A stretch of DNA of 64,000 bases, from assembly GCF_009914755.1 (NCBI RefSeq), contig NC_060937.1. The stretch is one strand, 5' to 3'. Within the stretch, counting starts at the first letter, position 1. Every line of letters starts with the position of its first letter. The notes beneath the pieces are model-generated. The model did not search any database. It had not been told where the DNA came from and worked only from the letters and a program-made list of their open reading frames with translations. This document shows positions 24,985 to 39,602 of this stretch, in pieces. The stretch is from the human T2T-CHM13v2.0 reference genome, Homo sapiens. The position numbers and the translations under genes were made by a program.

Positions 24985-27900
24985 TCTGTGACTTGAATGC
25001 AGATATCACCAAGTAGTTTCTAATAGTGCTTCTGTCTAGATTTTAGATGATGATATTCCCGTTTCCAACGAAATCGTTAGAGCTATCCAAATATCCACTT
25101 ACAGTTGCTACAAAAACAGTGTTTCCAAACTGCTGCATCAAAAGAAAGGTTCAACTCTGTTAGTTGAGGACACACGTCACAAAGAAGTTTGTGAGAATGC
25201 TTCTGTCTAGATTTTGTATGACGATATTCCCTTTTCCAACGATATCGTTAAAGCAATCTAAATATCCATTTGCAGAATCCACAAAAATAGAGTTTCAAAG
25301 CTGCTCTGTAAAAAGAAAGGTTCCACTCTGTTAGCTGAGTACACACATCACAAACTTGTTTCTCAGAATCCTTCTGTCTCGTTTTTCTGGGAAGATATTT
25401 ACTTTTTCACCGTAGGCATCAAAGCGCTCCAAATGTCCACATCCAGATACTCCAGAAAGAGTGTTTCAAACCTGCTCTATGAAAGGGAATCTTCAACTCT
25501 ATGAGTTGAATGCAGACATCAGAAAGAAATTTCTGAGAATGCTGCTGTCTACCTTTTATTTGAATTCCCGCTTCCAACGAAATCCTCCAAGCTATCCAAA
25601 TATCCACTTGCAGATTCCACAAAAAGAGTGTTTCAAAACTGCTCTCTATCAATGGCAAAGTTCAACTCTGTTAGTTGAGGACACATATCACCAACAAGTT
25701 TCTGAGAATGCTTCTGTCTATTTTTTATGGGAAGATATTTCCTTTTTCACCGTAGGCGTCAAGGCGATCGAAATGTCCACTTCCACAAACTACAAAAAGA
25801 GTGTTTCAAACCTGCTCTATGAAAGGCCATGTTCATCTCTATGAGTCGAATGGAAATATCCGAAAGAAATTTCTGGGAATGCTGCTGTCTAGTTTTTATA
25901 CGAATTCCCGCTTCCAACGAAATCCTCAAAGCAATCCAAATATCCACTTGCAGAATCCACAAAAAGAGTGTTTCAAAACTGCTCTATCAATAGAAAGGTT
26001 CAACTCTTTTAGTTGAGTACACACATCACAAACAAGTTTCTGAGAATGCTTCTGTCTGGCTTTTATTGGAAGACGTTTCCTTTTCACCAAAGGCATCAAA
26101 GCGCTCCAAATGTCCACTTCCAGATTCTTCCAAAAGAGTGTTTGAAACGTGCTCAAAGTAAGGGAATGTTCAACTCTGTGACTTGAATGCAGATATCACC
26201 AAGTAGTTTCTAATAGTGCTTCTGTCTAGATTTTAGATGATGATATTCCCGTTTCCAACGAAATCGTTAGAGCTATCCAAATATCCACTTACAGTTGCTA
26301 CAAAAACAGTGTTTCCAAACTGCTGCATCAAAAGAAAGGTTCAACTCTGTTAGTTGAGGACACACGTCACAAAGAAGTTTGTGAGAATGCTTCTGTCTAG
26401 ATTTTGTATGACGATATTCCCTTTTCCAACGATATCGTTAAAGCAATCTAAATATCCATTTGCAGAATCCACAAAAATAGAGTTTCAAAGCTGCTCTGTA
26501 AAAAGAAAGGTTCCACTCTGTTAGCTGAGTACACACATCACAAACTTGTTTCTCAGAATCCTTCTGTCTCGTTTTTCTGGGAAGATATTTACTTTTTCAC
26601 CGTAGGCATCAAAGCGCTCCAAATGTCCACATCCAGATACTCCAGAAAGAGTGTTTCAAACCTGCTCTATGAAAGGGAATCTTCAACTCTATGAGTTGAA
26701 TGCAGACATCAGAAAGAAATTTCTGAGAATGCTGCTGTCTACCTTTTATTTGAATTCCCGCTTCCAACGAAATCCTCCAAGCTATCCAAATATCCACTTG
26801 CAGATTCCACAAAAAGAGTGTTTCAAAACTGCTCTCTATCAATGGCAAAGTTCAACTCTGTTAGTTGAGGACACATATCACCAACAAGTTTCTGAGAATG
26901 CTTCTGTCTATTTTTTATGGGAAGATATTTCCTTTTTCACCGTAGGCGTCAAGGCGATCGAAATGTCCACTTCCACAAACTACAAAAAGAGTGTTTCAAA
27001 CCTGCTCTATGAAAGGCCATGTTCATCTCTATGAGTCGAATGGAAATATCCGAAAGAAATTTCTGGGAATGCTGCTGTCTAGTTTTTATACGAATTCCCG
27101 CTTCCAACGAAATCCTCAAAGCAATCCAAATATCCACTTGCAGAATCCACAAAAAGAGTGTTTCAAAACTGCTCTATCAATAGAAAGGTTCAACTCTTTT
27201 AGTTGAGTACACACATCACAAACAAGTTTCTGAGAATGCTTCTGTCTGGCTTTTATTGGAAGACGTTTCCTTTTCACCAAAGGCATCAAAGCGCTCCAAA
27301 TGTCCACTTCCAGATTCTTCCAAAAGAGTGTTTGAAACGTGCTCAAAGTAAGGGAATGTTCAACTCTGTGACTTGAATGCAGATATCACCAAGTAGTTTC
27401 TAATAGTGCTTCTGTCTAGATTTTAGATGATGATATTCCCGTTTCCAACGAAATCGTTAGAGCTATCCAAATATCCACTTACAGTTGCTACAAAAACAGT
27501 GTTTCCAAACTGCTGCATCAAAAGAAAGGTTCAACTCTGTTAGTTGAGGACACACGTCACAAAGAAGTTTGTGAGAATGCTTCTGTCTAGATTTTGTATG
27601 ACGATATTCCCTTTTCCAACGATATCGTTAAAGCAATCTAAATATCCATTTGCAGAATCCACAAAAATAGAGTTTCAAAGCTGCTCTGTAAAAAGAAAGG
27701 TTCCACTCTGTTAGCTGAGTACACACATCACAAACTTGTTTCTCAGAATCCTTCTGTCTCGTTTTTCTGGGAAGATATTTACTTTTTCACCGTAGGCATC
27801 AAAGCGCTCCAAATGTCCACATCCAGATACTCCAGAAAGAGTGTTTCAAACCTGCTCTATGAAAGGGAATCTTCAACTCTGTGAGTTGAATGCAGACATC

Positions 27901-28554
27901 AGAAAGAAATTTCTGAGAATGCTGCTGTCTACCTTTTATTTGAATTCCCGCTTCCAACGAAATCCTCCAAGCTATCCAAATATCCACTTGCAGATTCCAC
28001 AAAAAGAGTGTTTCAAAACTGCTCTCTATCAATGGCAAAGTTCAACTCTGTTAGTTGAGGACACATATCACCAACAAGTTTCTGAGAATGCTTCTGTCTA
28101 TTTTTTATGGGAAGATATTTCCTTTTTCACCGTAGGCGTCAAGGCGATCGAAATGTCCACTTCCACAAACTACAAAAAGAGTGTTTCAAACCTGCTCTAT
28201 GAAAGGCCATGTTCATCTCTATGAGTCGAATGGAAATATCCGAAAGAAATTTCTGGGAATGCTGCTGTCTAGTTTTTATACGAATTCCCGCTTCCAACGA
28301 AATCCTCAAAGCAATCCAAATATCCACTTGCAGAATCCACAAAAAGAGTGTTTCAAAACTGCTCTATCAATAGAAAGGTTCAACTCTTTTAGTTGAGTAC
28401 ACGCATCACAAACAAGTTTCTGAGAATGCTTCTGTCTGGCTTTTATTGGAAGACGTTTCCTTTTCACCAAAGGCATCAAAGCGCTCCAAATGTCCACTTC
28501 CAGATTCTTCCAAAAGAGTGTTTGAAACGTGCTCAAAGTAAGGGAATGTTCAAC
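24985..28554 (-). repeat. 3 tandem 7-mer HORs (third carries CACGCAT)
   Basis: Anchors 25419, 26609, 27799; A>G at 28403. Confidence 0.93.
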
Positions 28555-30422
28555 TCTGTGACTTGAATGCAGATATCACCAAGTAGTTTCTAATAGTGCT
28601 TCTGTCTAGATTTTAGATGATGATATTCCCGTTTCCAACGAAATCGTTAGAGCTATCCAAATATCCACTTACAGTTTCTACAAAAAGAGTGTTTCCAAAC
28701 TGCTGCATCAAAAGAAAGGTTCAACTCTGTTAGTTGAGGACACACATCACAAAGAAGTTTGTGAGAATGCTTCTGTCTAGATTTTGTATGACCATATTCC
28801 CTTTTCCAGCGATATCATTAAAGCAATCTAAATATCCATTTGCAGAATCCACAAAAATAGAGTTTCAAAGCTGCTCTGTAAAAAGAAAGGTTCCACTCTG
28901 TTAGCTGAGTACACACATCACAAACTTGTTTCTCAGAATCCTTCTGTCTCGTTTTTCTGGGAAGATATTTACTTTTTCACCGTAGGCATCAAAGCGCTCC
29001 AAATGTCCACATCCAGATACTCCAGAAAGAGTGTTTCAAACCTGCTCTATGAAAGGGAATCTTCAACTCTATGAGTTGAATGCAGACATCAGAAAGAAAT
29101 TTCTGAGAATGCTGCTGTCTACCTTTTATTTGAACTCCCGCTTCCAACGAAATCCTCCAAGCTATCCAAATATCCACTTGCATTTTCCACAAAAAGAGTG
29201 CTTCAAAACTGCTCTATCAATAAATGTTCAACTCCTTTAGCTGGGTGCACACATCACAAACAAGTTTCTGAGAATGCTTCTGTCTAGTTTTTATGGGAAG
29301 ACATTCCCTTTTTCACCAAAGGCATCAAAGCGCTCCAAATGTCCACTTCCAGACACTACAAAAAGAGTGTTTCCAACGTGCTCTAAGAAAGCGAATGTTC
29401 AACTCTGTGACTTGAATGCAGATATCACAAAGTAGTTTCTGAGAGGGCTTCTGTCTAGATTTTAGATGATGATATTCCCGTTTCCAACGAAATCATTAGA
29501 GCTATCCAAATATCCACTTACAGTTTCTACAAAAAGAGTGTTTCCAAACTGCTGCATCAAAAGAGAGGTTCCACTCTGTTAGCTGAGTACACACATCACA
29601 AACTTGTTTCTGAGAATCCTTCTGTGTCGTTTTTATGGGAAGATATTTACTTTTTCACCGTAGGCATCAAAGCGCTCCAAATGTCCACATCCAGATACTC
29701 CAGAAAGAGTGTTTCAAACCTGCTCTATGAAAGGGAATCTTCAACTCTATGAGTTGAATGCAGACATCAGAAAGAAATTTCTGAGAATGCTGCTGTCTAC
29801 CTTTTATTTGAATTCCCGCTTCCAACGAAATCCTCCAAGCTATCCAAATATCCACTTGCAGATTCCACAAAAAGAGTGTTTCAAAACTGCTCTCTATCAA
29901 TGGCAAAGTTCAACTCTGTTAGTTGAGGACACATATCACCAACAAGTTTCTGAGAATGCTTCTGTCTATTTTTTATGGGAAGATATTTCCTTTTTCACCG
30001 TAGGCGTCAAGGCGATCGAAATGTCCACTTCCACAAACTACAAAAAGAGTGTTTCAAACCTGCTCTATGAAAGGCCATGTTCATCTCTATGAGTCGAATG
30101 GAAATATCCGAAAGAAATTTCTGGGAATGCTGCTGTCTAGTTTTTATACGAATTCCCGCTTCCAACGAAATCCTCAAAGCAATCCAAATATCCACTTGCA
30201 GAATCCACAAAAAGAGTGTTTCAAAACTGCTCTATCAATAGAAAGGTTCAACTCTTTTAGTTGAGTACACACATCACAAACAAGTTTCTGAGAATGCTTC
30301 TGTCTGGCTTTTATTGGAAGACGTTTCCTTTTCACCAAAGGCATCAAAGCGCTCCAAATGTCCACTTCCAGATTCTTCCAAAAGAGTGTTTGAAACGTGC
30401 TCAAAGTAAGGGAATGTTCAAC
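28555..30422 (-). repeat. 11-mer HOR, type A
   Basis: 678-bp step (28989 to 29667). Confidence 0.93.
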
Positions 30423-32292
30423 TCTGTGACTTGAATGCAGATATCACCAAGTAGTTTCTAATAGTGCTTCTGTCTAGATTTTAGATGATGATATTCCCGT
30501 TTCCAACGAAATCGTTAGAGCTATCCAAATATCCACTTACAGTTGCTACAAAAACAGTGTTTCCAAACTGCTGCATCAAAAGAAAGGTTCAACTCTGTTA
30601 GTTGAGGACACACGTCACAAAGAAGTTTGTGAGAATGCTTCTGTCTAGATTTTGTATGACGATATTCCCTTTTCCAGCGATATCATTAAAGCAATCTAAA
30701 TATCCATTTGCAGAATCCACAAAAATAGAGTTTCAAAGCTGCTCTGTAAAAAGAAAGGTTCCACTCTGTTAGCTGAGTACACACATCACAAACTTGTTTC
30801 TCAGAATCCTTCTGTCTCGTTTTTATGGGAAGATATTTACTTTTTCACCGTAGGCATCAAAGCGCTCCAAATGTCCACATCCAGATACTCCAGAAAGAGT
30901 GTTTCAAACCTGCTCTATGAAAGGGAATCTTCAACTCTATGAGTTGAATGCAGACATCAGAAAGAAATTTCTGAGAATGCTGCTGTCTACCTTTTATTTG
31001 AATTCCCGCTTCCAACGAAATCCTCCAAGCTATCCAAATATCCACCTGCATTTTCCACAAAAAGAGCGTTTCAAAACTGCTCTATCAATAGAAATGTTCA
31101 ACTCCTTTGGCTGGGTACACACATCACAAACAAGTTTCTGAGAATGCTTCTGTCTAGTTTTTATGGGAAGACATTCCCTTTTTCACCAAAGGCATCAAAG
31201 CGCTCCAAATGTCCACTTCCAGACACTACAAAAAGAGTGTTTCCAACGTGCTCTAAGAAAGCGAATGTTCAACTCTGTGACTTGAAAGCAGATATCACAA
31301 AGTAGTTTCTGAGAGGGCTTCTGTCTAGATTTTAGATGATGATATTCCCGTTTCCAACGAAATCATTAGAGCTATCCAAATATCCACTTACAGTTTCTAC
31401 AAAAAGAGTGTTTCCAAACTGCTGCATCAAAAGAGAGGTTCCACTCTGTTAGCTGAGTACACACATCACAAACTTGTTTCTCAGAATCCTTCTGTCTCGT
31501 TTTTCTGGGAAGATATTTACTTTTTCACCGTAGGCATCAAAGCGCTCCAAATGTCCACATCCAGATACTCCAGAAAGAGTGTTTCAAACCTGCTCTATGA
31601 AAGGGAATCTTCAACTCTATGAGTTGAATGCAGACATCAGAAAGAAATTTCTGAGAATGCTGCTGTCTACCTTTTATTTGAATTCCCGCTTCCAACGAAA
31701 TCCTCCAAGCTATCCAAATATCCACTTGCAGATTCCACAAAAAGAGTGTTTCAAAACTGCTCTCTATCAATGGCAAAGTTCAACTCTGTTAGTTGAGGAC
31801 ACATATCACCAACAAGTTTCTGAGAATGCTTCTGTCTATTTTTTATGGGAAGATATTTCCTTTTTCACCGTAGGCGTCAAGGCGATCGAAATGTCCACTT
31901 CCACAAACTACAAAAAGAGTGTTTCAAACCTGCTCTATGAAAGGCCATGTTCATCTCTATGAGTCGAATGGAAATATCCGAAAGAAATTTCTGGGAATGC
32001 TGCTGTCTAGTTTTTATACGAATTCCCGCTTCCAACGAAATCCTCAAAGCAATCCAAATATCCACTTGCAGAATCCACAAAAAGAGTGTTTCAAAACTGC
32101 TCTATCAATAGAAAGGTTCAACTCTTTTAGTTGAGTACACACATCACAAACAAGTTTCTGAGAATGCTTCTGTCTGGCTTTTATTGGAAGACGTTTCCTT
32201 TTCACCAAAGGCATCAAAGCGCTCCAAATGTCCACTTCCAGATTCTTCCAAAAGAGTGTTTGAAACGTGCTCAAAGTAAGGGAATGTTCAAC
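30423..32292 (-). repeat. 11-mer HOR, type B
   Basis: 680-bp step (30857 to 31537). Confidence 0.93.
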
Positions 32293-33482
32293 TCTGTGAC
32301 TTGAATGCAGATATCACCAAGTAGTTTCTAATAGTGCTTCTGTCTAGATTTTAGATGATGATATTCCCGTTTCCAACGAAATCGTTAGAGCTATCCAAAT
32401 ATCCACTTACAGTTGCTACAAAAACAGTGTTTCCAAACTGCTGCATCAAAAGAAAGGTTCAACTCTGTTAGTTGAGGACACACGTCACAAAGAAGTTTGT
32501 GAGAATGCTTCTGTCTAGATTTTGTATGACGATATTCCCTTTTCCAACGATATCGTTAAAGCAATCTAAATATCCATTTGCAGAATCCACAAAAATAGAG
32601 TTTCAAAGCTGCTCTGTAAAAAGAAAGGTTCCACTCTGTTAGCTGAGTACACACATCACAAACTTGTTTCTCAGAATCCTTCTGTCTCGTTTTTCTGGGA
32701 AGATATTTACTTTTTCACCGTAGGCATCAAAGCGCTCCAAATGTCCACATCCAGATACTCCAGAAAGAGTGTTTCAAACCTGCTCTATGAAAGGGAATCT
32801 TCAACTCTATGAGTTGAATGCAGACATCAGAAAGAAATTTCTGAGAATGCTGCTGTCTACCTTTTATTTGAATTCCCGCTTCCAACGAAATCCTCCAAGC
32901 TATCCAAATATCCACTTGCAGATTCCACAAAAAGAGTGTTTCAAAACTGCTCTCTATCAATGGCAAAGTTCAACTCTGTTAGTTGAGGACACATATCACC
33001 AACAAGTTTCTGAGAATGCTTCTGTCTATTTTTTATGGGAAGATATTTCCTTTTTCACCGTAGGCGTCAAGGCGATCGAAATGTCCACTTCCACAAACTA
33101 CAAAAAGAGTGTTTCAAACCTGCTCTATGAAAGGCCATGTTCATCTCTATGAGTCGAATGGAAATATCCGAAAGAAATTTCTGGGAATGCTGCTGTCTAG
33201 TTTTTATACGAATTCCCGCTTCCAACGAAATCCTCAAAGCAATCCAAATATCCACTTGCAGAATCCACAAAAAGAGTGTTTCAAAACTGCTCTATCAATA
33301 GAAAGGTTCAACTCTTTTAGTTGAGTACACGCATCACAAACAAGTTTCTGAGAATGCTTCTGTCTGGCTTTTATTGGAAGACGTTTCCTTTTCACCAAAG
33401 GCATCAAAGCGCTCCAAATGTCCACTTCCAGATTCTTCCAAAAGAGTGTTTGAAACGTGCTCAAAGTAAGGGAATGTTCAAC
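32293..33482 (-). repeat. 7-mer HOR carrying the CACGCAT variant
   Basis: Anchor 32727; A>G at 33331. Confidence 0.93.
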
Positions 33483-35352
33483 TCTGTGACTTGAATGCAG
33501 ATATCACCAAGTAGTTTCTAATAGTGCTTCTGTCTAGATTTTAGATGATGATATTCCCGTTTCCAACGAAATCGTTAGAGCTATCCAAATATCCACTTAC
33601 AGTTTCTACAAAAAGAGTGTTTCCAAACTGCTGCATCAAAAGAAAGGTTCAACTCTGTTAGTTGAGGACACACGTCACAAAGAAGTTTGTGAGCATGCTT
33701 CTGTCTAGATTTTGTATGACGATATTCCCTTTTCCAGCGATATCATTAAAGCAATCTAAATATCCATTTGCAGAATCCACAAAAATAGAGTTTCAAAGCT
33801 GCTCTGTAAAAAGAAAGGTTCCACTCTGTTAGCTGAGTACACACATCACAAACTTGTTTCTCAGAATCCTTCTGTCTCGTTTTTATGGGAAGATATTTAC
33901 TTTTTCACCGTAGGCATCAAAGCGCTCCAAATGTCCACATCCAGATACTCCAGAAAGAGTGTTTCAAACCTGCTCTATGAAAGGGAATCTTCAACTCTAT
34001 GAGTTGAATGCAGACATCAGAAAGAAATTTCTGAGAATGCTGCTGTCTACCTTTTATTTGAATTCCCGCTTCCAACGAAATCCTCCAAGCTATCCAAATA
34101 TCCACCTGCATTTTCCACAAAAAGAGCGTTTCAAAACTGCTCTATCAATAGAAATGTTCAACTCCTTTGGCTGGGTACACACATCACAAACAAGTTTCTG
34201 AGAATGCTTCTGTCTAGTTTTTATGGGAAGACATTCCCTTTTTCACCAAAGGCATCAAAGCGCTCCAAATGTCCACTTCCAGACACTACAAAAAGAGTGT
34301 TTCCAACGTGCTCTAAGAAAGCGAATGTTCAACTCTGTGACTTGAAAGCAGATATCACAAAGTAGTTTCTGAGAGGGCTTCTGTCTAGATTTTAGATGAT
34401 GATATTCCCGTTTCCAACGAAATCATTAGAGCTATCCAAATATCCACTTACAGTTTCTACAAAAAGAGTGTTTCCAAACTGCTGCATCAAAAGAGAGGTT
34501 CCACTCTGTTAGCTGAGTACACACATCACAAACTTGTTTCTCAGAATCCTTCTGTCTCGTTTTTCTGGGAAGATATTTACTTTTTCACCGTAGGCATCAA
34601 AGCGCTCCAAATGTCCACATCCAGATACTCCAGAAAGAGTGTTTCAAACCTGCTCTATGAAAGGGAATCTTCAACTCTATGAGTTGAATGCAGACATCAG
34701 AAAGAAATTTCTGAGAATGCTGCTGTCTACCTTTTATTTGAATTCCCGCTTCCAACGAAATCCTCCAAGCTATCCAAATATCCACTTGCAGATTCCACAA
34801 AAAGAGTGTTTCAAAACTGCTCTCTATCAATGGCAAAGTTCAACTCTGTTAGTTGAGGACACATATCACCAACAAGTTTCTGAGAATGCTTCTGTCTATT
34901 TTTTATGGGAAGATATTTCCTTTTTCACCGTAGGCGTCAAGGCGATCGAAATGTCCACTTCCACAAACTACAAAAAGAGTGTTTCAAACCTGCTCTATGA
35001 AAGGCCATGTTCATCTCTATGAGTCGAATGGAAATATCCGAAAGAAATTTCTGGGAATGCTGCTGTCTAGTTTTTATACGAATTCCCGCTTCCAACGAAA
35101 TCCTCAAAGCAATCCAAATATCCACTTGCAGAATCCACAAAAAGAGTGTTTCAAAACTGCTCTATCAATAGAAAGGTTCAACTCTTTTAGTTGAGTACAC
35201 ACATCACAAACAAGTTTCTGAGAATGCTTCTGTCTGGCTTTTATTGGAAGACGTTTCCTTTTCACCAAAGGCATCAAAGCGCTCCAAATGTCCACTTCCA
35301 GATTCTTCCAAAAGAGTGTTTGAAACGTGCTCAAAGTAAGGGAATGTTCAAC
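33483..35352 (-). repeat. 11-mer HOR, type B
   Basis: 680-bp step (33917 to 34597). Confidence 0.93.
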
Positions 35353-36542
35353 TCTGTGACTTGAATGCAGATATCACCAAGTAGTTTCTAATAGTGCTTC
35401 TGTCTAGATTTTAGATGATGATATTCCCGTTTCCAACGAAATCGTTAGAGCTATCCAAATATCCACTTACAGTTGCTACAAAAACAGTGTTTCCAAACTG
35501 CTGCATCAAAAGAAAGGTTCAACTCTGTTAGTTGAGGACACACGTCACAAAGAAGTTTGTGAGAATGCTTCTGTCTAGATTTTGTATGACGATATTCCCT
35601 TTTCCAACGATATCGTTAAAGCAATCTAAATATCCATTTGCAGAATCCACAAAAATAGAGTTTCAAAGCTGCTCTGTAAAAAGAAAGGTTCCACTCTGTT
35701 AGCTGAGTACACACATCACAAACTTGTTTCTCAGAATCCTTCTGTCTCGTTTTTCTGGGAAGATATTTACTTTTTCACCGTAGGCATCAAAGCGCTCCAA
35801 ATGTCCACATCCAGATACTCCAGAAAGAGTGTTTCAAACCTGCTCTATGAAAGGGAATCTTCAACTCTATGAGTTGAATGCAGACATCAGAAAGAAATTT
35901 CTGAGAATGCTGCTGTCTACCTTTTATTTGAATTCCCGCTTCCAACGAAATCCTCCAAGCTATCCAAATATCCACTTGCAGATTCCACAAAAAGAGTGTT
36001 TCAAAACTGCTCTCTATCAATGGCAAAGTTCAACTCTGTTAGTTGAGGACACATATCACCAACAAGTTTCTGAGAATGCTTCTGTCTATTTTTTATGGGA
36101 AGATATTTCCTTTTTCACCGTAGGCGTCAAGGCGATCGAAATGTCCACTTCCACAAACTACAAAAAGAGTGTTTCAAACCTGCTCTATGAAAGGCCATGT
36201 TCATCTCTATGAGTCGAATGGAAATATCCGAAAGAAATTTCTGGGAATGCTGCTGTCTAGTTTTTATACGAATTCCCGCTTCCAACGAAATCCTCAAAGC
36301 AATCCAAATATCCACTTGCAGAATCCACAAAAAGAGTGTTTCAAAACTGCTCTATCAATAGAAAGGTTCAACTCTTTTAGTTGAGTACACACATCACAAA
36401 CAAGTTTCTGAGAATGCTTCTGTCTGGCTTTTATTGGAAGACGTTTCCTTTTCACCAAAGGCATCAAAGCGCTCCAAATGTCCACTTCCAGATTCTTCCA
36501 AAAGAGTGTTTGAAACGTGCTCAAAGTAAGGGAATGTTCAAC
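35353..36542 (-). repeat. 7-mer HOR
   Basis: Anchor 35787. Confidence 0.93.
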
Positions 36543-38412
36543 TCTGTGACTTGAATGCAGATATCACCAAGTAGTTTCTAATAGTGCTTCTGTCTAGATT
36601 TTAGATGATGATATTCCCGTTTCCAACGAAATCGTTAGAGCTATCCAAATATCCACTTACAGTTTCTACAAAAAGAGTGTTTCCAAACTGCTGCATCAAA
36701 AGAAAGGTTCAACTCTGTTAGTTGAGGACACACGTCACAAAGAAGTTTGTGAGCATGCTTCTGTCTAGATTTTGTATGACGATATTCCCTTTTCCAGCGA
36801 TATCATTAAAGCAATCTAAATATCCATTTGCAGAATCCACAAAAATAGAGTTTCAAAGCTGCTCTGTAAAAAGAAAGGTTCCACTCTGTTAGCTGAGTAC
36901 ACACATCACAAACTTGTTTCTCAGAATCCTTCTGTCTCGTTTTTATGGGAAGATATTTACTTTTTCACCGTAGGCATCAAAGCGCTCCAAATGTCCACAT
37001 CCAGATACTCCAGAAAGAGTGTTTCAAACCTGCTCTATGAAAGGGAATCTTCAACTCTATGAGTTGAATGCAGACATCAGAAAGAAATTTCTGAGAATGC
37101 TGCTGTCTACCTTTTATTTGAATTCCCGCTTCCAACGAAATCCTCCAAGCTATCCAAATATCCACCTGCATTTTCCACAAAAAGAGCGTTTCAAAACTGC
37201 TCTATCAATAGAAATGTTCAACTCCTTTGGCTGGGTACACACATCACAAACAAGTTTCTGAGAATGCTTCTGTCTAGTTTTTATGGGAAGACATTCCCTT
37301 TTTCACCAAAGGCATCAAAGCGCTCCAAATGTCCACTTCCAGACACTACAAAAAGAGTGTTTCCAACGTGCTCTAAGAAAGCGAATGTTCAACTCTGTGA
37401 CTTGAAAGCAGATATCACAAAGTAGTTTCTGAGAGGGCTTCTGTCTAGATTTTAGATGATGATATTCCCGTTTCCAACGAAATCATTAGAGCTATCCAAA
37501 TATCCACTTACAGTTTCTACAAAAAGAGTGTTTCCAAACTGCTGCATCAAAAGAGAGGTTCCACTCTGTTAGCTGAGTACACACATCACAAACTTGTTTC
37601 TCAGAATCCTTCTGTCTCGTTTTTCTGGGAAGATATTTACTTTTTCACCGTAGGCATCAAAGCGCTCCAAATGTCCACATCCAGATACTCCAGAAAGAGT
37701 GTTTCAAACCTGCTCTATGAAAGGGAATCTTCAACTCTATGAGTTGAATGCAGACATCAGAAAGAAATTTCTGAGAATGCTGCTGTCTACCTTTTATTTG
37801 AATTCCCGCTTCCAACGAAATCCTCCAAGCTATCCAAATATCCACTTGCAGATTCCACAAAAAGAGTGTTTCAAAACTGCTCTCTATCAATGGCAAAGTT
37901 CAACTCTGTTAGTTGAGGACACATATCACCAACAAGTTTCTGAGAATGCTTCTGTCTATTTTTTATGGGAAGATATTTCCTTTTTCACCGTAGGCGTCAA
38001 GGCGATCGAAATGTCCACTTCCACAAACTACAAAAAGAGTGTTTCAAACCTGCTCTATGAAAGGCCATGTTCATCTCTATGAGTCGAATGGAAATATCCG
38101 AAAGAAATTTCTGGGAATGCTGCTGTCTAGTTTTTATACGAATTCCCGCTTCCAACGAAATCCTCAAAGCAATCCAAATATCCACTTGCAGAATCCACAA
38201 AAAGAGTGTTTCAAAACTGCTCTATCAATAGAAAGGTTCAACTCTTTTAGTTGAGTACACACATCACAAACAAGTTTCTGAGAATGCTTCTGTCTGGCTT
38301 TTATTGGAAGACGTTTCCTTTTCACCAAAGGCATCAAAGCGCTCCAAATGTCCACTTCCAGATTCTTCCAAAAGAGTGTTTGAAACGTGCTCAAAGTAAG
38401 GGAATGTTCAAC
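36543..38412 (-). repeat. 11-mer HOR, type B
   Basis: 680-bp step (36977 to 37657). Confidence 0.93.
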
Positions 38413-39602
38413 TCTGTGACTTGAATGCAGATATCACCAAGTAGTTTCTAATAGTGCTTCTGTCTAGATTTTAGATGATGATATTCCCGTTTCCAACGAA
38501 ATCGTTAGAGCTATCCAAATATCCACTTACAGTTGCTACAAAAACAGTGTTTCCAAACTGCTGCATCAAAAGAAAGGTTCAACTCTGTTAGTTGAGGACA
38601 CACGTCACAAAGAAGTTTGTGAGAATGCTTCTGTCTAGATTTTGTATGACGATATTCCCTTTTCCAACGATATCGTTAAAGCAATCTAAATATCCATTTG
38701 CAGAATCCACAAAAATAGAGTTTCAAAGCTGCTCTGTAAAAAGAAAGGTTCCACTCTGTTAGCTGAGTACACACATCACAAACTTGTTTCTCAGAATCCT
38801 TCTGTCTCGTTTTTCTGGGAAGATATTTACTTTTTCACCGTAGGCATCAAAGCGCTCCAAATGTCCACATCCAGATACTCCAGAAAGAGTGTTTCAAACC
38901 TGCTCTATGAAAGGGAATCTTCAACTCTATGAGTTGAATGCAGACATCAGAAAGAAATTTCTGAGAATGCTGCTGTCTACCTTTTATTTGAATTCCCGCT
39001 TCCAACGAAATCCTCCAAGCTATCCAAATATCCACTTGCAGATTCCACAAAAAGAGTGTTTCAAAACTGCTCTCTATCAATGGCAAAGTTCAACTCTGTT
39101 AGTTGAGGACACATATCACCAACAAGTTTCTGAGAATGCTTCTGTCTATTTTTTATGGGAAGATATTTCCTTTTTCACCGTAGGCGTCAAGGCGATCGAA
39201 ATGTCCACTTCCACAAACTACAAAAAGAGTGTTTCAAACCTGCTCTATGAAAGGCCATGTTCATCTCTATGAGTCGAATGGAAATATCCGAAAGAAATTT
39301 CTGGGAATGCTGCTGTCTAGTTTTTATACGAATTCCCGCTTCCAACGAAATCCTCAAAGCAATCCAAATATCCACTTGCAGAATCCACAAAAAGAGTGTT
39401 TCAAAACTGCTCTATCAATAGAAAGGTTCAACTCTTTTAGTTGAGTACACGCATCACAAACAAGTTTCTGAGAATGCTTCTGTCTGGCTTTTATTGGAAG
39501 ACGTTTCCTTTTCACCAAAGGCATCAAAGCGCTCCAAATGTCCACTTCCAGATTCTTCCAAAAGAGTGTTTGAAACGTGCTCAAAGTAAGGGAATGTTCA
39601 AC
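38413..39602 (-). repeat. 7-mer HOR carrying the CACGCAT variant
   Basis: Anchor 38847; A>G at 39451. Confidence 0.93.
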
